A DNA stretch of 64,000 nt from Syntrophomonadaceae bacterium (GCA_012729505.1 JAAYDA010000019.1:234-64233), one strand, 5' to 3'; counted from the first letter of the stretch, positions 15,884 through 26,603 are shown. Made by a program: numbers and translations. The notes: generated by a model from the letters alone, not told the origin.

Positions 15884-18800
15884 TTATTCTACAGGATATT
15901 TGATGTGGCCTTTAGCGGCAAAGTTTAATAAGTACTTATACATTAAGCTCATATCCGGCATTGGACTTTGAATGCCTGTTCCTGCCAAACCCTTTCGGAT
16001 GTTGGTTGTATCAAAATCAGGTTCCATATCGCCGTACCTTCTTACGATTGCGGTTTCTTCCGACTCATCGGCCGCAAAAAGAGATTCCAATATTTTTAAG
16101 ACATTGTTATCCGTAGCTTTAAACAACATCTTCTGCCATTCTTTGTACGGCATAAGTTTGGTCTGATAGCCCAGATTGTTTATGATCGCCTGCAATTCCT
16201 TGACACCGGCAATATCTTTATTAATTACATTAAAGGCTTTGCCAGGTGAGTCCTCCCGGGTGGAAAGAGCAACCACGGCCCGGCTGATAAAGTCAACCGG
16301 AGTAATATAAATGTTCACATTAATATCTGGTATAGCCTCCATCTGAATGCAGGCATTGAGAACCCGACTGACCAAATCGCTCATTTCCCAGATGCCATTT
16401 TTGCTGTCTCCGGTTATGTCACCCGGACGGTATATCGTGGCTTTCAAACCTCTTTGTTCAGCAGCACGAACCAGCTTTTCCGAAACCCATTTCGTTTCCG
16501 AGTACCCCAGAAAATACCCTTCGCCACAGGTTAACGGGTCGTCCTCCAAGGCAGGCTTTTGGAAATGGCTCGGATTATCATAGACACTGAATGTGGATAT
16601 GTAATGGAAGTATTTTGTTTTTTCCCGGCATGCCAGGCGGAGGCATTCAATAGTTCCGTCAACATTGGTCTTCTTAAGATGATTGTACGGAAAAATAAAG
16701 TTTAATAAAGCGCCGTTATGGTATATGGTGTCAATCATTCCGGCTAAAGCACCATACTCACCGGGCTCTATTCCCAATAGCGGTTTGGTCAAATCTCCTA
16801 ATACAGGCTTGATCCTATGGGCATAAGCATCGGCCCATATTTTGTATTTCTCCATGTTGCCCTTGATTCTGGCTAAGCCGTTTTCCTTATTGTCCGCACG
16901 GACATGGCAGTAAAGGTCGGCCTGGGTATGCTCCATCAGTTCTTTGATTAAGTATGCGCCCAAAAAACCCGTTGAACCCGTAAGAAAAACATTCTGCGGA
17001 CAAGAGATATCAGAATATTGATACGGACCGGGAATGATGTCCTCCGGCAACTCACAGTCCGCATAAAGGTAAGTTTTGTCATTCACAATATCTTCCCGCT
17101 TCATTATCTTTTTTATGTGTTCAGCAATTCCCCTGATGGTAGGTTTTTCAACCACATCCTTTAAGATAAGCGTTACTTCGAATTCCTCTTCCAGCGAACT
17201 TAAGAGATGAACCGTATCCAGGGAATCCCCCCCCAGACTGAAGAAGCTGTCTTCTGCAGTAATTCCTTCACCTGTTTCAATGATCTGGCCGAAGATCTTT
17301 TTAATCTTCAATTCCACTTCATCCGTAATTTCACTTTTGGCTTTAGCCGTCTCCACATTTTCAGGTTCAAGCAAGGCATCGGGCATAGTAAACAGCCGCT
17401 TGCTCTCGTAATTTTCCTTCACTTTGAACATCTGAATTTTACCATTGTCAGTTCGCGGCAAACCGCCTTCCCGGACAAAAAACACCTCAAAGGGGCTGAC
17501 TTCAAAATGCCGATGCACACTGTTCCGGATTTCCTCAATTAAGCTTTGGGTATCCAGACCTTCAGTATTGGCTTCAATACCGATCACAACTCGCTCTTTA
17601 CCCTGGATCCTGACAGGGAATACCGACATGGCACAGGGAGCCATGTCTTTTATGTCTTCCTTGATGTTTCGCTCAATATCCTGCGGATATATATTGTGCC
17701 CGTTAATGATGATCAGCTCTTTGCATCGACCAGTGATATAGAGCTCTCCTCCGGAAACAGCCCCAAGGTCCCCTGTTCTCAAATAGAACCCAGGGTGATC
17801 GGCCAATATTCCCCGGAACGTTTTACCGTTCTCTTCCGGCATATCCCAGTAACCGTCAGCAACACTTTCGCTTTGCAGCCATATTTCTCCGATTTCATTC
17901 TCACTGCACACCCTGCCGCTGTCGGGATCTACTACCGCGACTTTTGAATGATTAAATACCTTGCCAACACTGATAATTTCTTTTTTTCTTCCGTCATCCG
18001 CAATGTCTTCCGCTAATAAATTTTTCTGAAATTGCGCATAGCCCACTTCCCTGACCGGTATTTTTCGATTATTTCCTGCCACAAACATGGTTGATTCCGC
18101 CAAGCCATAGGCAGGGCAAAAAGCAAGGCTGTCGAACCCACTCGGACCAAACTTAAGACTGAACATCTTCAGGCTTTGGGAGTCAATCGGTTCGGAACCG
18201 TTTAAGGCGCATTTTAACGAGCTCAGGTCAATTCTCTTCAGGTCCTCTTCTTTAGCAATTTTTGCGCACAAAGCATAAGCAGAATTGGGTCCGGCCGTGG
18301 TATAGGCCTTAAATTCGCTAATAGCCTCCAGCCACCGGACTGGCTTTTCCATAAATGCTTGGGGCGACATAATAACACTTCTAAAATGGTAAAACACATT
18401 AAAAAACAAAAATGCCACTAAGCCGATATTATGAAAAAAGGGCACCCAGGAAACGGCAGTCTCAAAGGGTTCGTCTTTAAAGAAGCCGGCCAGGCTGGCC
18501 ATATTGTGCATCACATTCCTTTGGCTGATCATAATGCCTTTGGGGACGCTGGTAGACCCGGAAGAGTATTGCAGGTAAGCCAAATCATCCGGATTCATGC
18601 CACCTTTAACCCATGCGGCAGGCTCCGTGTCAATCTCTTCAACATTGATGACCGTAACCGCGTCATGAATAAACCTTAATACGGGATTTGTTTTGGCCGC
18701 CCGGAAAAGCGGCGTATTGCAGAGTATAAACTTGGCCCCGGACGAAGCTAATATATTGCTAAACCTTTGTACTTTGGGCTCGTCAATGGGAGGAGGAACC

Positions 18801-19078
18801 AAAACAAATACGGCCCCTGCCATCAAAGCTCCATAAAGGGAATAAACATTATCAGAGGTTTGCGTTGCAAAAACAATGACCCTGTCGCCTTTCTTGATCC
18901 CTTTTTCCTGTAAGTCAGCAGCTATCCTTCTGGCATTGTCATACGCCTCTCGATAGCTGATATTAATATCACACCGGGTACCGTCTTTATAGTTCAGAAA
19001 TGTATACGGAATCCCCTCCGGTTCATCCAACGCCTTTGCTGCTAATATTTCGACGACATTGGTCATGTCCATGGCCAC
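15884..19078 (-). CDS. fatty-acyl-AMP ligase - carrier protein - thioester reductase tri-domain enzyme (NRPS-like / CAR-like)
   Basis: The FAAL-type adenylation domain has LQYSSGSTSVPKG. The carrier domain has FFSLGGDSLD, the phosphopantetheine serine. The terminal reductase has VFLTGSTGFLGAYL. Confidence 0.85.
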   Translation of the reverse strand: MAMDMTNVVEILAAKALDEPEGIPYTFLNYKDGTRCDINISYREAYDNARRIAADLQEKGIKKGDRVIVFATQTSDNVYSLYGALMAGAVFVLVPPPIDEPKVQRFSNILASSGAKFILCNTPLFRAAKTNPVLRFIHDAVTVINVEEIDTEPAAWVKGGMNPDDLAYLQYSSGSTSVPKGIMISQRNVMHNMASLAGFFKDEPFETAVSWVPFFHNIGLVAFLFFNVFYHFRSVIMSPQAFMEKPVRWLEAISEFKAYTTAGPNSAYALCAKIAKEEDLKRIDLSSLKCALNGSEPIDSQSLKMFSLKFGPSGFDSLAFCPAYGLAESTMFVAGNNRKIPVREVGYAQFQKNLLAEDIADDGRKKEIISVGKVFNHSKVAVVDPDSGRVCSENEIGEIWLQSESVADGYWDMPEENGKTFRGILADHPGFYLRTGDLGAVSGGELYITGRCKELIIINGHNIYPQDIERNIKEDIKDMAPCAMSVFPVRIQGKERVVIGIEANTEGLDTQSLIEEIRNSVHRHFEVSPFEVFFVREGGLPRTDNGKIQMFKVKENYESKRLFTMPDALLEPENVETAKAKSEITDEVELKIKKIFGQIIETGEGITAEDSFFSLGGDSLDTVHLLSSLEEEFEVTLILKDVVEKPTIRGIAEHIKKIMKREDIVNDKTYLYADCELPEDIIPGPYQYSDISCPQNVFLTGSTGFLGAYLIKELMEHTQADLYCHVRADNKENGLARIKGNMEKYKIWADAYAHRIKPVLGDLTKPLLGIEPGEYGALAGMIDTIYHNGALLNFIFPYNHLKKTNVDGTIECLRLACREKTKYFHYISTFSVYDNPSHFQKPALEDDPLTCGEGYFLGYSETKWVSEKLVRAAEQRGLKATIYRPGDITGDSKNGIWEMSDLVSRVLNACIQMEAIPDINVNIYITPVDFISRAVVALSTREDSPGKAFNVINKDIAGVKELQAIINNLGYQTKLMPYKEWQKMLFKATDNNVLKILESLFAADESEETAIVRRYGDMEPDFDTTNIRKGLAGTGIQSPMPDMSLMYKYLLNFAAKGHIKYPVE

Positions 19079-19298
19079 ATCTCCTTATAAATCAATGAAA
19101 TCTATATTCTCACGGAATCCACTATAACAGTTTTTCAGTAGGTTATGGGCATAAATGCAAAAAATTCTTACCGCTTTTTTCGAACAGTTTTTCCGACACA
19201 AAAGCCCCGGCCAGTGCCGGAGCTTCTTTGATGAATGCTATCTAAAGGAGTCGCCGCTTGTGGCTTTCCACAGGAACACAGCAAAGGCGATCACATTA

Positions 19299-20036
19299 TC
19301 ATTTTGACCCGCAGAGACAAAAACGGTTTAAACCCAGGATCGCCGCAGCCCCTGCTATCGTCGTACCATAAAAGATCACCGGTTTGCCGGTCTGCAAAAA
19401 ATTCTCCAGGGTATTGTTAACCAAGGTACTCCCCGTAACCAGAAGAACATCACACCACTCAACAATATCTTTGGTATCTGTCTCGCCGCTTTCCACAGTA
19501 ATTCCGTATTTCGGCTGACCAATATTATCCGGGTCCAGATCGGCAATCCGTACGGGAAAACATCGGCTGCAAGCTTCCAGCAGAGCAGGTTGGAAACCAA
19601 TAATTCCCACCTTCGGTTCTCCATACTGTTCCTTAAGATAATGCGTAATGCCTTGTGCGCATTGCTCTGGCTCTTCATTCTTGCAATGCACCGTTTTCTC
19701 CGCCTTGCCTGAATAATTCATCACCGCATTCAGAACAGCCACAAAACAAGCCCGGTCAAAGTTATTATCCAGAGGAAATTCCAGAAAATCCTGAAGTATC
19801 CCGGTGAAATTACGGGGAGAATCTGTGAACGCCTGCCCCAAAGCTCCCTTAAATTCAGCCTGCACCAGACTTTCCTTGCCTTTCAGCAAAGGAAAATCAC
19901 GACGCTGTGGGTTGCCTATAGATTCTTCCGCAGATAAAATCTTGCCGCGAACAACCACCTTTTCCCCCAACAGATGATTAGTCTCAGCTTCCTCTGCCAG
20001 ATAGCCCTGTAATCTTTTCAAAATATCGGTTCCCAT
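19299..20036 (-). CDS. DUF364/DUF4213-type Rossmann-like protein (putative metal/cofactor chelation domain)
   Basis: 245 aa. The C-terminal IGFQP....DLDP..........DVLLVTGSTLVNNTL pattern matches what I recall of DUF364. It sits directly downstream of modC. Confidence 0.5.
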   Translation of the reverse strand: MGTDILKRLQGYLAEEAETNHLLGEKVVVRGKILSAEESIGNPQRRDFPLLKGKESLVQAEFKGALGQAFTDSPRNFTGILQDFLEFPLDNNFDRACFVAVLNAVMNYSGKAEKTVHCKNEEPEQCAQGITHYLKEQYGEPKVGIIGFQPALLEACSRCFPVRIADLDPDNIGQPKYGITVESGETDTKDIVEWCDVLLVTGSTLVNNTLENFLQTGKPVIFYGTTIAGAAAILGLNRFCLCGSK

Positions 20037-20052
20037 TCCTTACCTCCCCCTC

Positions 20053-21144
20053 TCACTCTTCAAGCAAGTGAACATCATTAACATCCGCCGAGAGCCGCAC
20101 CGGTGATCCTTTTTGCAGATTCATCCTTTTCCATTCAGCACCGGACATAACAACCCTATAATTCTCCTGCCCCCTGCAAATGATCTCAACGTGGGTACTA
20201 TGCCAGTTAATCTGCGCAATACGGCAATTCCAGCTATTCACTGCCAAGGATTCATGGCTATCGCTGCTGAGAACTAAATTTCCGGCGCGAATCAAAAGGG
20301 TTACTTCCTGGGCCTCCTTATTGGGCAGCTTGCACTCATTTAAAGGTCCTATCCTAACATTATCACTTCCCGACTGTGCAAACCAGGCTCGTTCTTCCCG
20401 CCATTCAATCCTGCCCTGCAGCAGATTTTCCCCCATTAAAAAATTGGCGATATTCAAGGAAGCCGGTTGTGAAAAAACCTCCAGGGGATTGCCCTGCTGC
20501 AGAACCAGGCCCTGATTCATAACCAGCAGATGAGTACCCATCTGTAAAGCTTCATTAAAGTCATGGGTAACATGGATAGTCCCCAATTCCTCTGCTCTGT
20601 GTATTTCCTGCAGCAATTCCTGCATGGAGCGGCGCGTTTGCGGGTCTAAAGAAGACAGCGGTTCGTCCAGCAAAAGCAGCGGAGGGTGAGTTAAAATAGC
20701 CCTGGCCAGAGAAACCCGCTGTTTTTCACCCCCGCTTAAGAAGCGAGGAAAACGGTTTAGTAAATGAGCTATACCCATGGCCTCAGCCAGTTTATCCACC
20801 CTGCTTAATATTTCAGGCTCCTGGTGTCTATTTTGGGCCTTGGCGCCAAAAAGAATATTGTCCTTGACATTCAGAAAAGGGTACAAGAGGCTGTCTTGAT
20901 AGGCAAAGCCAAATCTTCGAGCTTCAGGTGGCGTCAGGGTAATGTCATTACCCTTTAAGAAAACTTTGCCTCGCGCCGGGCAGCGCAAACCGGCCAAAGT
21001 CTCCAGCAGCATTGTTTTTCCGCAGCCGGTCGGACCCAAAATAACAAGGTATTCGCCCGCCTCCAGAGAAAATGAAACCTCCCGCAGCTGGAAGCTGCCT
21101 GCCTGGACATAAATGTTTTCCACTTCAAAAAGCGCCGGCTTCAT
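20053..21144 (-). CDS. modC: molybdate/tungstate ABC transporter ATP-binding protein with C-terminal TOBE-like domain
   Basis: It has Walker A GPTGCGKT, the signature LSGGEKQRV and Walker B LLLLDEP. A C-terminal extension of about 120 aa is present. It overlaps modB by 4 nt. Confidence 0.85.
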   Translation of the reverse strand: MKPALFEVENIYVQAGSFQLREVSFSLEAGEYLVILGPTGCGKTMLLETLAGLRCPARGKVFLKGNDITLTPPEARRFGFAYQDSLLYPFLNVKDNILFGAKAQNRHQEPEILSRVDKLAEAMGIAHLLNRFPRFLSGGEKQRVSLARAILTHPPLLLLDEPLSSLDPQTRRSMQELLQEIHRAEELGTIHVTHDFNEALQMGTHLLVMNQGLVLQQGNPLEVFSQPASLNIANFLMGENLLQGRIEWREERAWFAQSGSDNVRIGPLNECKLPNKEAQEVTLLIRAGNLVLSSDSHESLAVNSWNCRIAQINWHSTHVEIICRGQENYRVVMSGAEWKRMNLQKGSPVRLSADVNDVHLLEE

Positions 21145-22007
21145 ACCATAACCTCAGTTCGCAGAAACACTTTCAAGATAACTAAAGAAATCAGCGCAAT
21201 CATCAGCATGACAATAGCAGTGGAAATTGCAAACTCAAGATCACCTACAGTCATATTAAGAAAAATAGCGACCGAGAGAGTTTCCGTCTTCATACGCGTA
21301 ATACCGGCCAGCATGGCCGTGGCTCCGAATTCCCCCAGAGCTCTGGTCCAGGCCATGATGAGACCGCTGATAATCCCATTCTTTGCCAAGGGCAAAGTCA
21401 CCTTGCAAAACACCCGGCCAGGTGTAAATCCCAGGGTGCGGGCCACCTTCTCCATGCGGGGATCAATAGAATCAAAGGCCTGCTTAATCGCTTTGATCGC
21501 AAAGGGAGTAGCAATAAACCACTGGGCTATTACAACACCCCGGGGAGAAAAAACGATTTCCAGACCCAGCTTGGTGAGGTGCTCTCCCAGCAAAGGCCCA
21601 AAAAGAATCAGCAAAGCAATCCCGCTGATCAGAGGGGGAAGGACAATGGGAATGTCCAGCAAAGTATCCACAAAAGCCTGCCCCGGGATTCTGCAGCGGG
21701 AAAGAACATAGCCGCTGGGCAAAGCAACGAAAGCCGTTAAAGCCGTAGCCACCAGCGAAGTCCATAAAGTTAATTTTAAAGCAAAATGAAATTCGGGCTG
21801 TTGAATTACGGCCGCAATTGCTGCCCAGCTGCCGTAATAAAACAGCCCGCCAATCAGCACTGCTTGGAAAAGAATCAAACCGGCGAATATTGCCTGGAAG
21901 CAGCGCAGAAAAGTGCTGGGTTCAATCCGTTCACTCTGATTATTATAGCCGCGTCTTAAAACCATATTTTTCGAATGCTGCCGGACCTTCTTCCATAACA
22001 AACTCAA
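21141..22007 (-). CDS. modB: molybdate ABC transporter permease
   Basis: It is a multi-TM protein with the EAA-type loop (..ARTLGFTPGRVFCKVTLPLA..). The true start is probably internal (MVLRRG..) because the track ORF overlaps the modA 3' end. Confidence 0.85.
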   Translation of the reverse strand: MSLLWKKVRQHSKNMVLRRGYNNQSERIEPSTFLRCFQAIFAGLILFQAVLIGGLFYYGSWAAIAAVIQQPEFHFALKLTLWTSLVATALTAFVALPSGYVLSRCRIPGQAFVDTLLDIPIVLPPLISGIALLILFGPLLGEHLTKLGLEIVFSPRGVVIAQWFIATPFAIKAIKQAFDSIDPRMEKVARTLGFTPGRVFCKVTLPLAKNGIISGLIMAWTRALGEFGATAMLAGITRMKTETLSVAIFLNMTVGDLEFAISTAIVMLMIALISLVILKVFLRTEVMV

Positions 22008-22728
22008 TAAAATCAGCCGCTTGTTCCTTGTTAGAGGAGTATTTCAGCAAAGCAACCGGTATTTCTTCTATTTCATTAATCTCAGGATCAATCTCTACTA
22101 CCTCAATTTTATCCCGATCCTTGAAAGTATTGCTGAACTCGACGATACCTGCGTTCCCCTGCCCCATAGTGATTGCGGCCATGACTTTTGCCGGGCTTTC
22201 CGCATTGGACAAAATGTTTTTCTCCACTTCTTCTGCTATACCCAATTTATTAAAAATCTTAAAAGCCGTTTTGCCAATAGCCGTGGCTTCTTTGTCCGGT
22301 ATCACCAGCTTTGTTCCTTCCTTCGCCAAATCCTCAACAGAAGTGATTCCTGCGGGATTCCCCTTGGGAGTAACAATTACCGGGGTATGGTAGGCAACAG
22401 GACCGTCCACACTCTCAAGGTGTCCTTTCTGATTAGCTGCCTCCACGAAGGGCATTCCTCCCGGCATGTAGATATCCCCTTCTTCCATGATCTCCAGCTG
22501 GCCCAGCAGAGTACCGGAATTATTAAAGGATAACTCCACTTTGACTCCGGTTTTTTCTTCATAGGCTTGAGCAAGCTCACTGACCGGGTCTTTTAAGTTA
22601 GCTCCCACATAAGCAAACAGGGTAACCGGCTCGCTTGGCGCTTGGGCAGCCGGTGAGTTGTTACAACCAAAAAGTCCTGCCATAAACACAAGTACCATGA
22701 ATGCTGCTAAAATCCGAGATCTTCTCAT
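21943..22728 (-). CDS. modA: molybdate/tungstate-binding periplasmic lipoprotein
   Basis: The start was set at MRRSRILAAFMVLVFMAGLFGC (lipobox LFGC) behind RBS GGGAGG. It shows ModA-like FAYVGANL....FNNSGTL. Confidence 0.8.
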   Translation of the reverse strand: MRRSRILAAFMVLVFMAGLFGCNNSPAAQAPSEPVTLFAYVGANLKDPVSELAQAYEEKTGVKVELSFNNSGTLLGQLEIMEEGDIYMPGGMPFVEAANQKGHLESVDGPVAYHTPVIVTPKGNPAGITSVEDLAKEGTKLVIPDKEATAIGKTAFKIFNKLGIAEEVEKNILSNAESPAKVMAAITMGQGNAGIVEFSNTFKDRDKIEVVEIDPEINEIEEIPVALLKYSSNKEQAADFIEFVMEEGPAAFEKYGFKTRL

Positions 22729-23093
22729 CACATTCTCGCCTCCCAATTATTATGAAAACCTTTCGGCACCGCCGAGGCAGATGGCCCAAGACTATGCTTA
22801 GTCATCATATTGAATTTGCACCCGATCTGAGAATGCCGGTAAACGCCAGTAAGTTGATTATGCCCCCCTTCCATAACCAGAGGCTTAGAAAACTACATTA
22901 TTAATAAACTTTAAGCCTGGTCTGGTTTGTCTCGCCACACCGGATATGTAACTTAATATAGATTAACATAACTCATCTAAACATGACAAAATTAAATATA
23001 TTTGCGACACACACATAGATTATATATCATAATGTTCTGTTATGTTTGGTTATTTATTGCCCTTGTTGTTAAGCAGTGAAAAAACAATAACTG

Positions 23094-23130
23094 TATAAAG
23101 GCCGCGGCATTTTCTGCCGCGGCCTTTATA
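23094..23130. terminator. perfect palindromic terminator after the 23202-24899 gene
   Basis: TATAAAGGCCGCGGCA TTTTC TGCCGCGGCCTTTATA. Confidence 0.7.
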
Positions 23131-23201
23131 CAGTCATTCAATGATAATTCTCTCGGGTACTCTATTCGTCCCTTATTATTTGGCGACTCCGGGCTATCGC
23201 C

Positions 23202-24899
23202 TCACCTTACTTCCCTTTCTGCATTCATTTTGGCTATCTCTTCTTCCCTGAGTTTGCGCCGTAAAGCTTTGCCAGTATCAGTTCGGGGAAGCTGCTGGCG
23301 GAACTCTATCATTTTCGGAACCTTGTATGCTGCCAGATGCTGCTTGCAGAATGCGGTGAGTTCTTCCTCGGTGACCGCGACTCCTTCCACCGGCTGAATA
23401 AAGGCTTTGACGGTCTCTCCCCGATACTGGTCAGGAATACCTACCACAATGGCATCCTTCACTTTGGGATGCTTCAGCAGCACCTCATCAATGTCCCGGG
23501 GATAAATGTTGAATCCGCCGGCGATGATCATGTCTTTGGTACGATCAACGATGAATATATAGCCCTCCTCATCCATATATGCAACATCACCAGTTCTGAG
23601 CCAGCCTTCAACCATGCTGTTCCTGGTTTCCGCCGGATTATTCCAGTACTCCTTCATCACGGTAGGACCTTTAATCCAGATTTCTCCCCGCTCACCCCGG
23701 GGCACATCCTCCAGGGTTTCCGGACTCACTAAGCGGACATCAAAGTCCGGCATGGGAATCCCGCAGCTGGCAACTTTTTTGGGTCCTTGTACCGGGTTGG
23801 AGATGCCCAAAGCAAAGGTTTCGCTCATGCCCCAACCTTCACTATAGTAGATGTCAAAATCAAGAGCCTTTTCAATCAGCTCCACCGGGCAAGGCGCAGC
23901 TCCGGTCCCGACAAAATCCGTTTTGAGGTTCAAGTCAAGCTCGTCCGCCTGAGGATGATCCAGCACCGCCTGCAGCATAGTCGGTACACATGGCCAGTAG
24001 ACAATCTCGTCATGCTGCTTGAGAGTAGCCACCACCTCATTGGTATCCCACTTGGGCAGGATTACCTGGGTAGCATAGGTAAACATACAATAAAGTATGC
24101 AGCAAACCTCGCCATAAACGTGGAAATAAGGAAGAGTGCAGAATACCCAGCGCCGATCAAGGGATACATCGTCAATAGTCGTTCCCCCCCACCTGCTCAC
24201 AATAACAGTGGCAGCCACCACATTCCCTTGGGTTAATACCGCTCCTTTCGGGACTCCGGTAGTGCCTCCCGTAAATTGAATGATAGCCGGGTCATCCTGA
24301 TCAATAGGAATACGAAGCGGAATTTTGTTGGTACTCTGATCGAGGAGCTGGGAGAGATGATGCCACCCCTCTTCAAGACCTAACTCTTCGGGAGTGCTGA
24401 TCCCTGCTCCATTAACAAAGTCACCCATTCTGGTTACTATAATCAGGGGAATATCAATTGCCTCGCACAAGGCCTTAACATTGGGCAATACCAAATCAAA
24501 GGCGAATAAACCGGTTAAGCCGGTATTGGCGGCAATACCCTTTAATTCTTCGTAAGTGTACATCGGATTAAGGTTAACCACAACGGCCCCAGTCATGAGT
24601 ATTGACCAATAGGCTAAATTAAACTGCGGAGAATTAGGCAGCAATACACCTATACGATCACCCTTTTTCACTCCCAGCTCGACCAGTTTATTGGCCAGAC
24701 GGATACAAGACCGGTATAACTCCAGGTAAGTGATCTCTGTGCCATAAAACCAGGTTGCAGGTCTGTGAGGAACACCATTTGAAGCATTGCGAATAAGATG
24801 CCAGGCCGGAAATTTCGGATAATTGAAAGACCAGGGTACTTTCCAATCGTATTGCTTAATCCACGGGCGCCGCTCAAAAACCTCCTCAGTCAGAATCAT
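23202..24899 (-). CDS. acyl-CoA synthetase / AMP-dependent ligase (paralogue 3, long-chain FadD-like)
   Basis: It has FTGGTTGVPKGA, GWGMSE and TGDVAYMDEEGY. Its N-terminus resembles that of paralogue 1. Confidence 0.9.
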   Translation of the reverse strand: MILTEEVFERRPWIKQYDWKVPWSFNYPKFPAWHLIRNASNGVPHRPATWFYGTEITYLELYRSCIRLANKLVELGVKKGDRIGVLLPNSPQFNLAYWSILMTGAVVVNLNPMYTYEELKGIAANTGLTGLFAFDLVLPNVKALCEAIDIPLIIVTRMGDFVNGAGISTPEELGLEEGWHHLSQLLDQSTNKIPLRIPIDQDDPAIIQFTGGTTGVPKGAVLTQGNVVAATVIVSRWGGTTIDDVSLDRRWVFCTLPYFHVYGEVCCILYCMFTYATQVILPKWDTNEVVATLKQHDEIVYWPCVPTMLQAVLDHPQADELDLNLKTDFVGTGAAPCPVELIEKALDFDIYYSEGWGMSETFALGISNPVQGPKKVASCGIPMPDFDVRLVSPETLEDVPRGERGEIWIKGPTVMKEYWNNPAETRNSMVEGWLRTGDVAYMDEEGYIFIVDRTKDMIIAGGFNIYPRDIDEVLLKHPKVKDAIVVGIPDQYRGETVKAFIQPVEGVAVTEEELTAFCKQHLAAYKVPKMIEFRQQLPRTDTGKALRRKLREEEIAKMNAEREVR

Positions 24900-25213
24900 T
24901 TAATCGCCCCCTCCGATCATCAACACCAAAAACAACAACATGCTAATCACCGCCGACATTTGTTCCTTACCCACCACCTCCTTGAGGCCAGATGAGCAAT
25001 TCCGCCGGTTTTATTCAGAACTGCGCACCTGCTTGTCCCGGCACCAGGGGAACGACACCCTCCTTTCTTCCGAAATTATGGGTTATGAAATTTGTGGCAA
25101 GTATTAAATATGGTGCTGTAAACTGCATATGATGTGATAAGTGGTGCAGTAACTCAGGTGTGTTTAACCGGGCTGCATTTCATTTCAATAAACTGGCAAG
25201 GCATTATAAACTA

Positions 25214-25246
25214 TTATATCATAGAAGCGTAGCTTCTATGATATAA
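25214..25246. terminator. 15-bp palindromic hairpin after the CoA-transferase gene
   Basis: TTATATCATAGAAGC gta GCTTCTATGATATAA. Confidence 0.55.
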
Positions 25247-25280
25247 TCGACGCATGTGCGTTTGGCCGACAGTGAATTGA

Positions 25281-26603
25281 TTAGATGAATTTCATCTTCT
25301 TCGCGGCAAACATCAGTTCGTCGCGGAAATCCGGGTGGGCAATGGAAATAAGTTTTTGCACACGCGTCTTAACACTCTGGCCCTTCAACAGAACCGCACC
25401 GTACTCGGTAACAACCCAGTGGACCTCAGTGCGAGGTGTGGTCACAAAGCTGCCGGGATACAGCTGAGGCACAATTTTAGTCTGCCTTTTCCCCTTCTTG
25501 TCAGTAAAGGTTGACTCGGTACATATGAAGGATTTGCCCCCCTTGGACATCCAGGCGCCCTGAACAAAATCAAGCTGTCCCCCGGTAGAGGCAAACTGGA
25601 TGGGCCCCATAGCTTCAGAAGCGCATTGACCGGTGAGATCGACCTGAAGAGTGGCATTGACAGAGATCATATTGTCATTCTGAGCAATATTAAAAGGATT
25701 GTTGACAAAACCACAGCCGTACATTTCAATCATTGGGTTTTCATCTAAAAAATCATAGAGCTTCTGAGTTCCATTAGCAAAAGCGGCCACCCATTTATGA
25801 GGCATATATGTCTTTCTGGTGCTGGTGATGACCCCTGCTTCATACAATTCCATAAAAACATCCGGTATGACCTCGGAATGAACCCCCAGATCGTGTTTAT
25901 CCATGAGGCAATGTCCGACCGCACCGGGAATGCCTCCTACACCCAGCTGCAGAGTCGCGCCATCGGGAACCATCTCAGCGATATAGTGCCCCATCAAATC
26001 CCATTCCTTTTTAGTCGGGGGTGCCGGAACCTCAATTAAAGGTTCGTCATGTTCAACAATTACATCGACCTCTGATACGTGCAGCTGATTCCTGCCGTAA
26101 GTGCGCGGAGAAAACTTATTGACCTCCACCATCAATAGCCTCCGGTTGGGATTTGACTTTGCCATATCCCAGCCAAAGTCGACACTGATCCCGGTGCTGA
26201 AAAAACCGTGTCTGTCCATGGGAGAAACTTTCAAAATCGAAATATCCACCGGCCGCAGCCCATCTGAAGAAATTTTCTCCAAATCACCGAATTTGTTCGG
26301 AGTGTGAGTGAAATAGCCCTCTCTGATCCTGCTTCTCTCGTCCCGAACAAAGAAAGAATCGAACTCAATCCTGTCCTCGATAGCCGGATCCATCATCGCC
26401 AGGCCATCCGTCATGCTGGCGGCCAAGATGGTGGGCTTGTAAAGCTTGCCCTCCATAACCCTCTTGACCATCGCCGCACATATACCAAGAGGCTGACCGT
26501 TGCCAAAGGCCGAGCTTATCACTTCACCATCACGAATCAATGCAACTGCCTCATCGGGGAGTGTCAGCTTAGCTTTATACATGTCCTGCCATTTCTGATA
26601 CAT
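25281..26603 (-). CDS. acetyl-CoA hydrolase/transferase family protein (4-hydroxybutyrate CoA-transferase-like)
   Basis: 440 aa. The ..LQLGVGGIPGAV.. and ..GPIQFASTGGQLDFVQGA.. patterns are characteristic of the Cat/AbfT CoA-transferase family. Confidence 0.85.
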   Translation of the reverse strand: MYQKWQDMYKAKLTLPDEAVALIRDGEVISSAFGNGQPLGICAAMVKRVMEGKLYKPTILAASMTDGLAMMDPAIEDRIEFDSFFVRDERSRIREGYFTHTPNKFGDLEKISSDGLRPVDISILKVSPMDRHGFFSTGISVDFGWDMAKSNPNRRLLMVEVNKFSPRTYGRNQLHVSEVDVIVEHDEPLIEVPAPPTKKEWDLMGHYIAEMVPDGATLQLGVGGIPGAVGHCLMDKHDLGVHSEVIPDVFMELYEAGVITSTRKTYMPHKWVAAFANGTQKLYDFLDENPMIEMYGCGFVNNPFNIAQNDNMISVNATLQVDLTGQCASEAMGPIQFASTGGQLDFVQGAWMSKGGKSFICTESTFTDKKGKRQTKIVPQLYPGSFVTTPRTEVHWVVTEYGAVLLKGQSVKTRVQKLISIAHPDFRDELMFAAKKMKFI

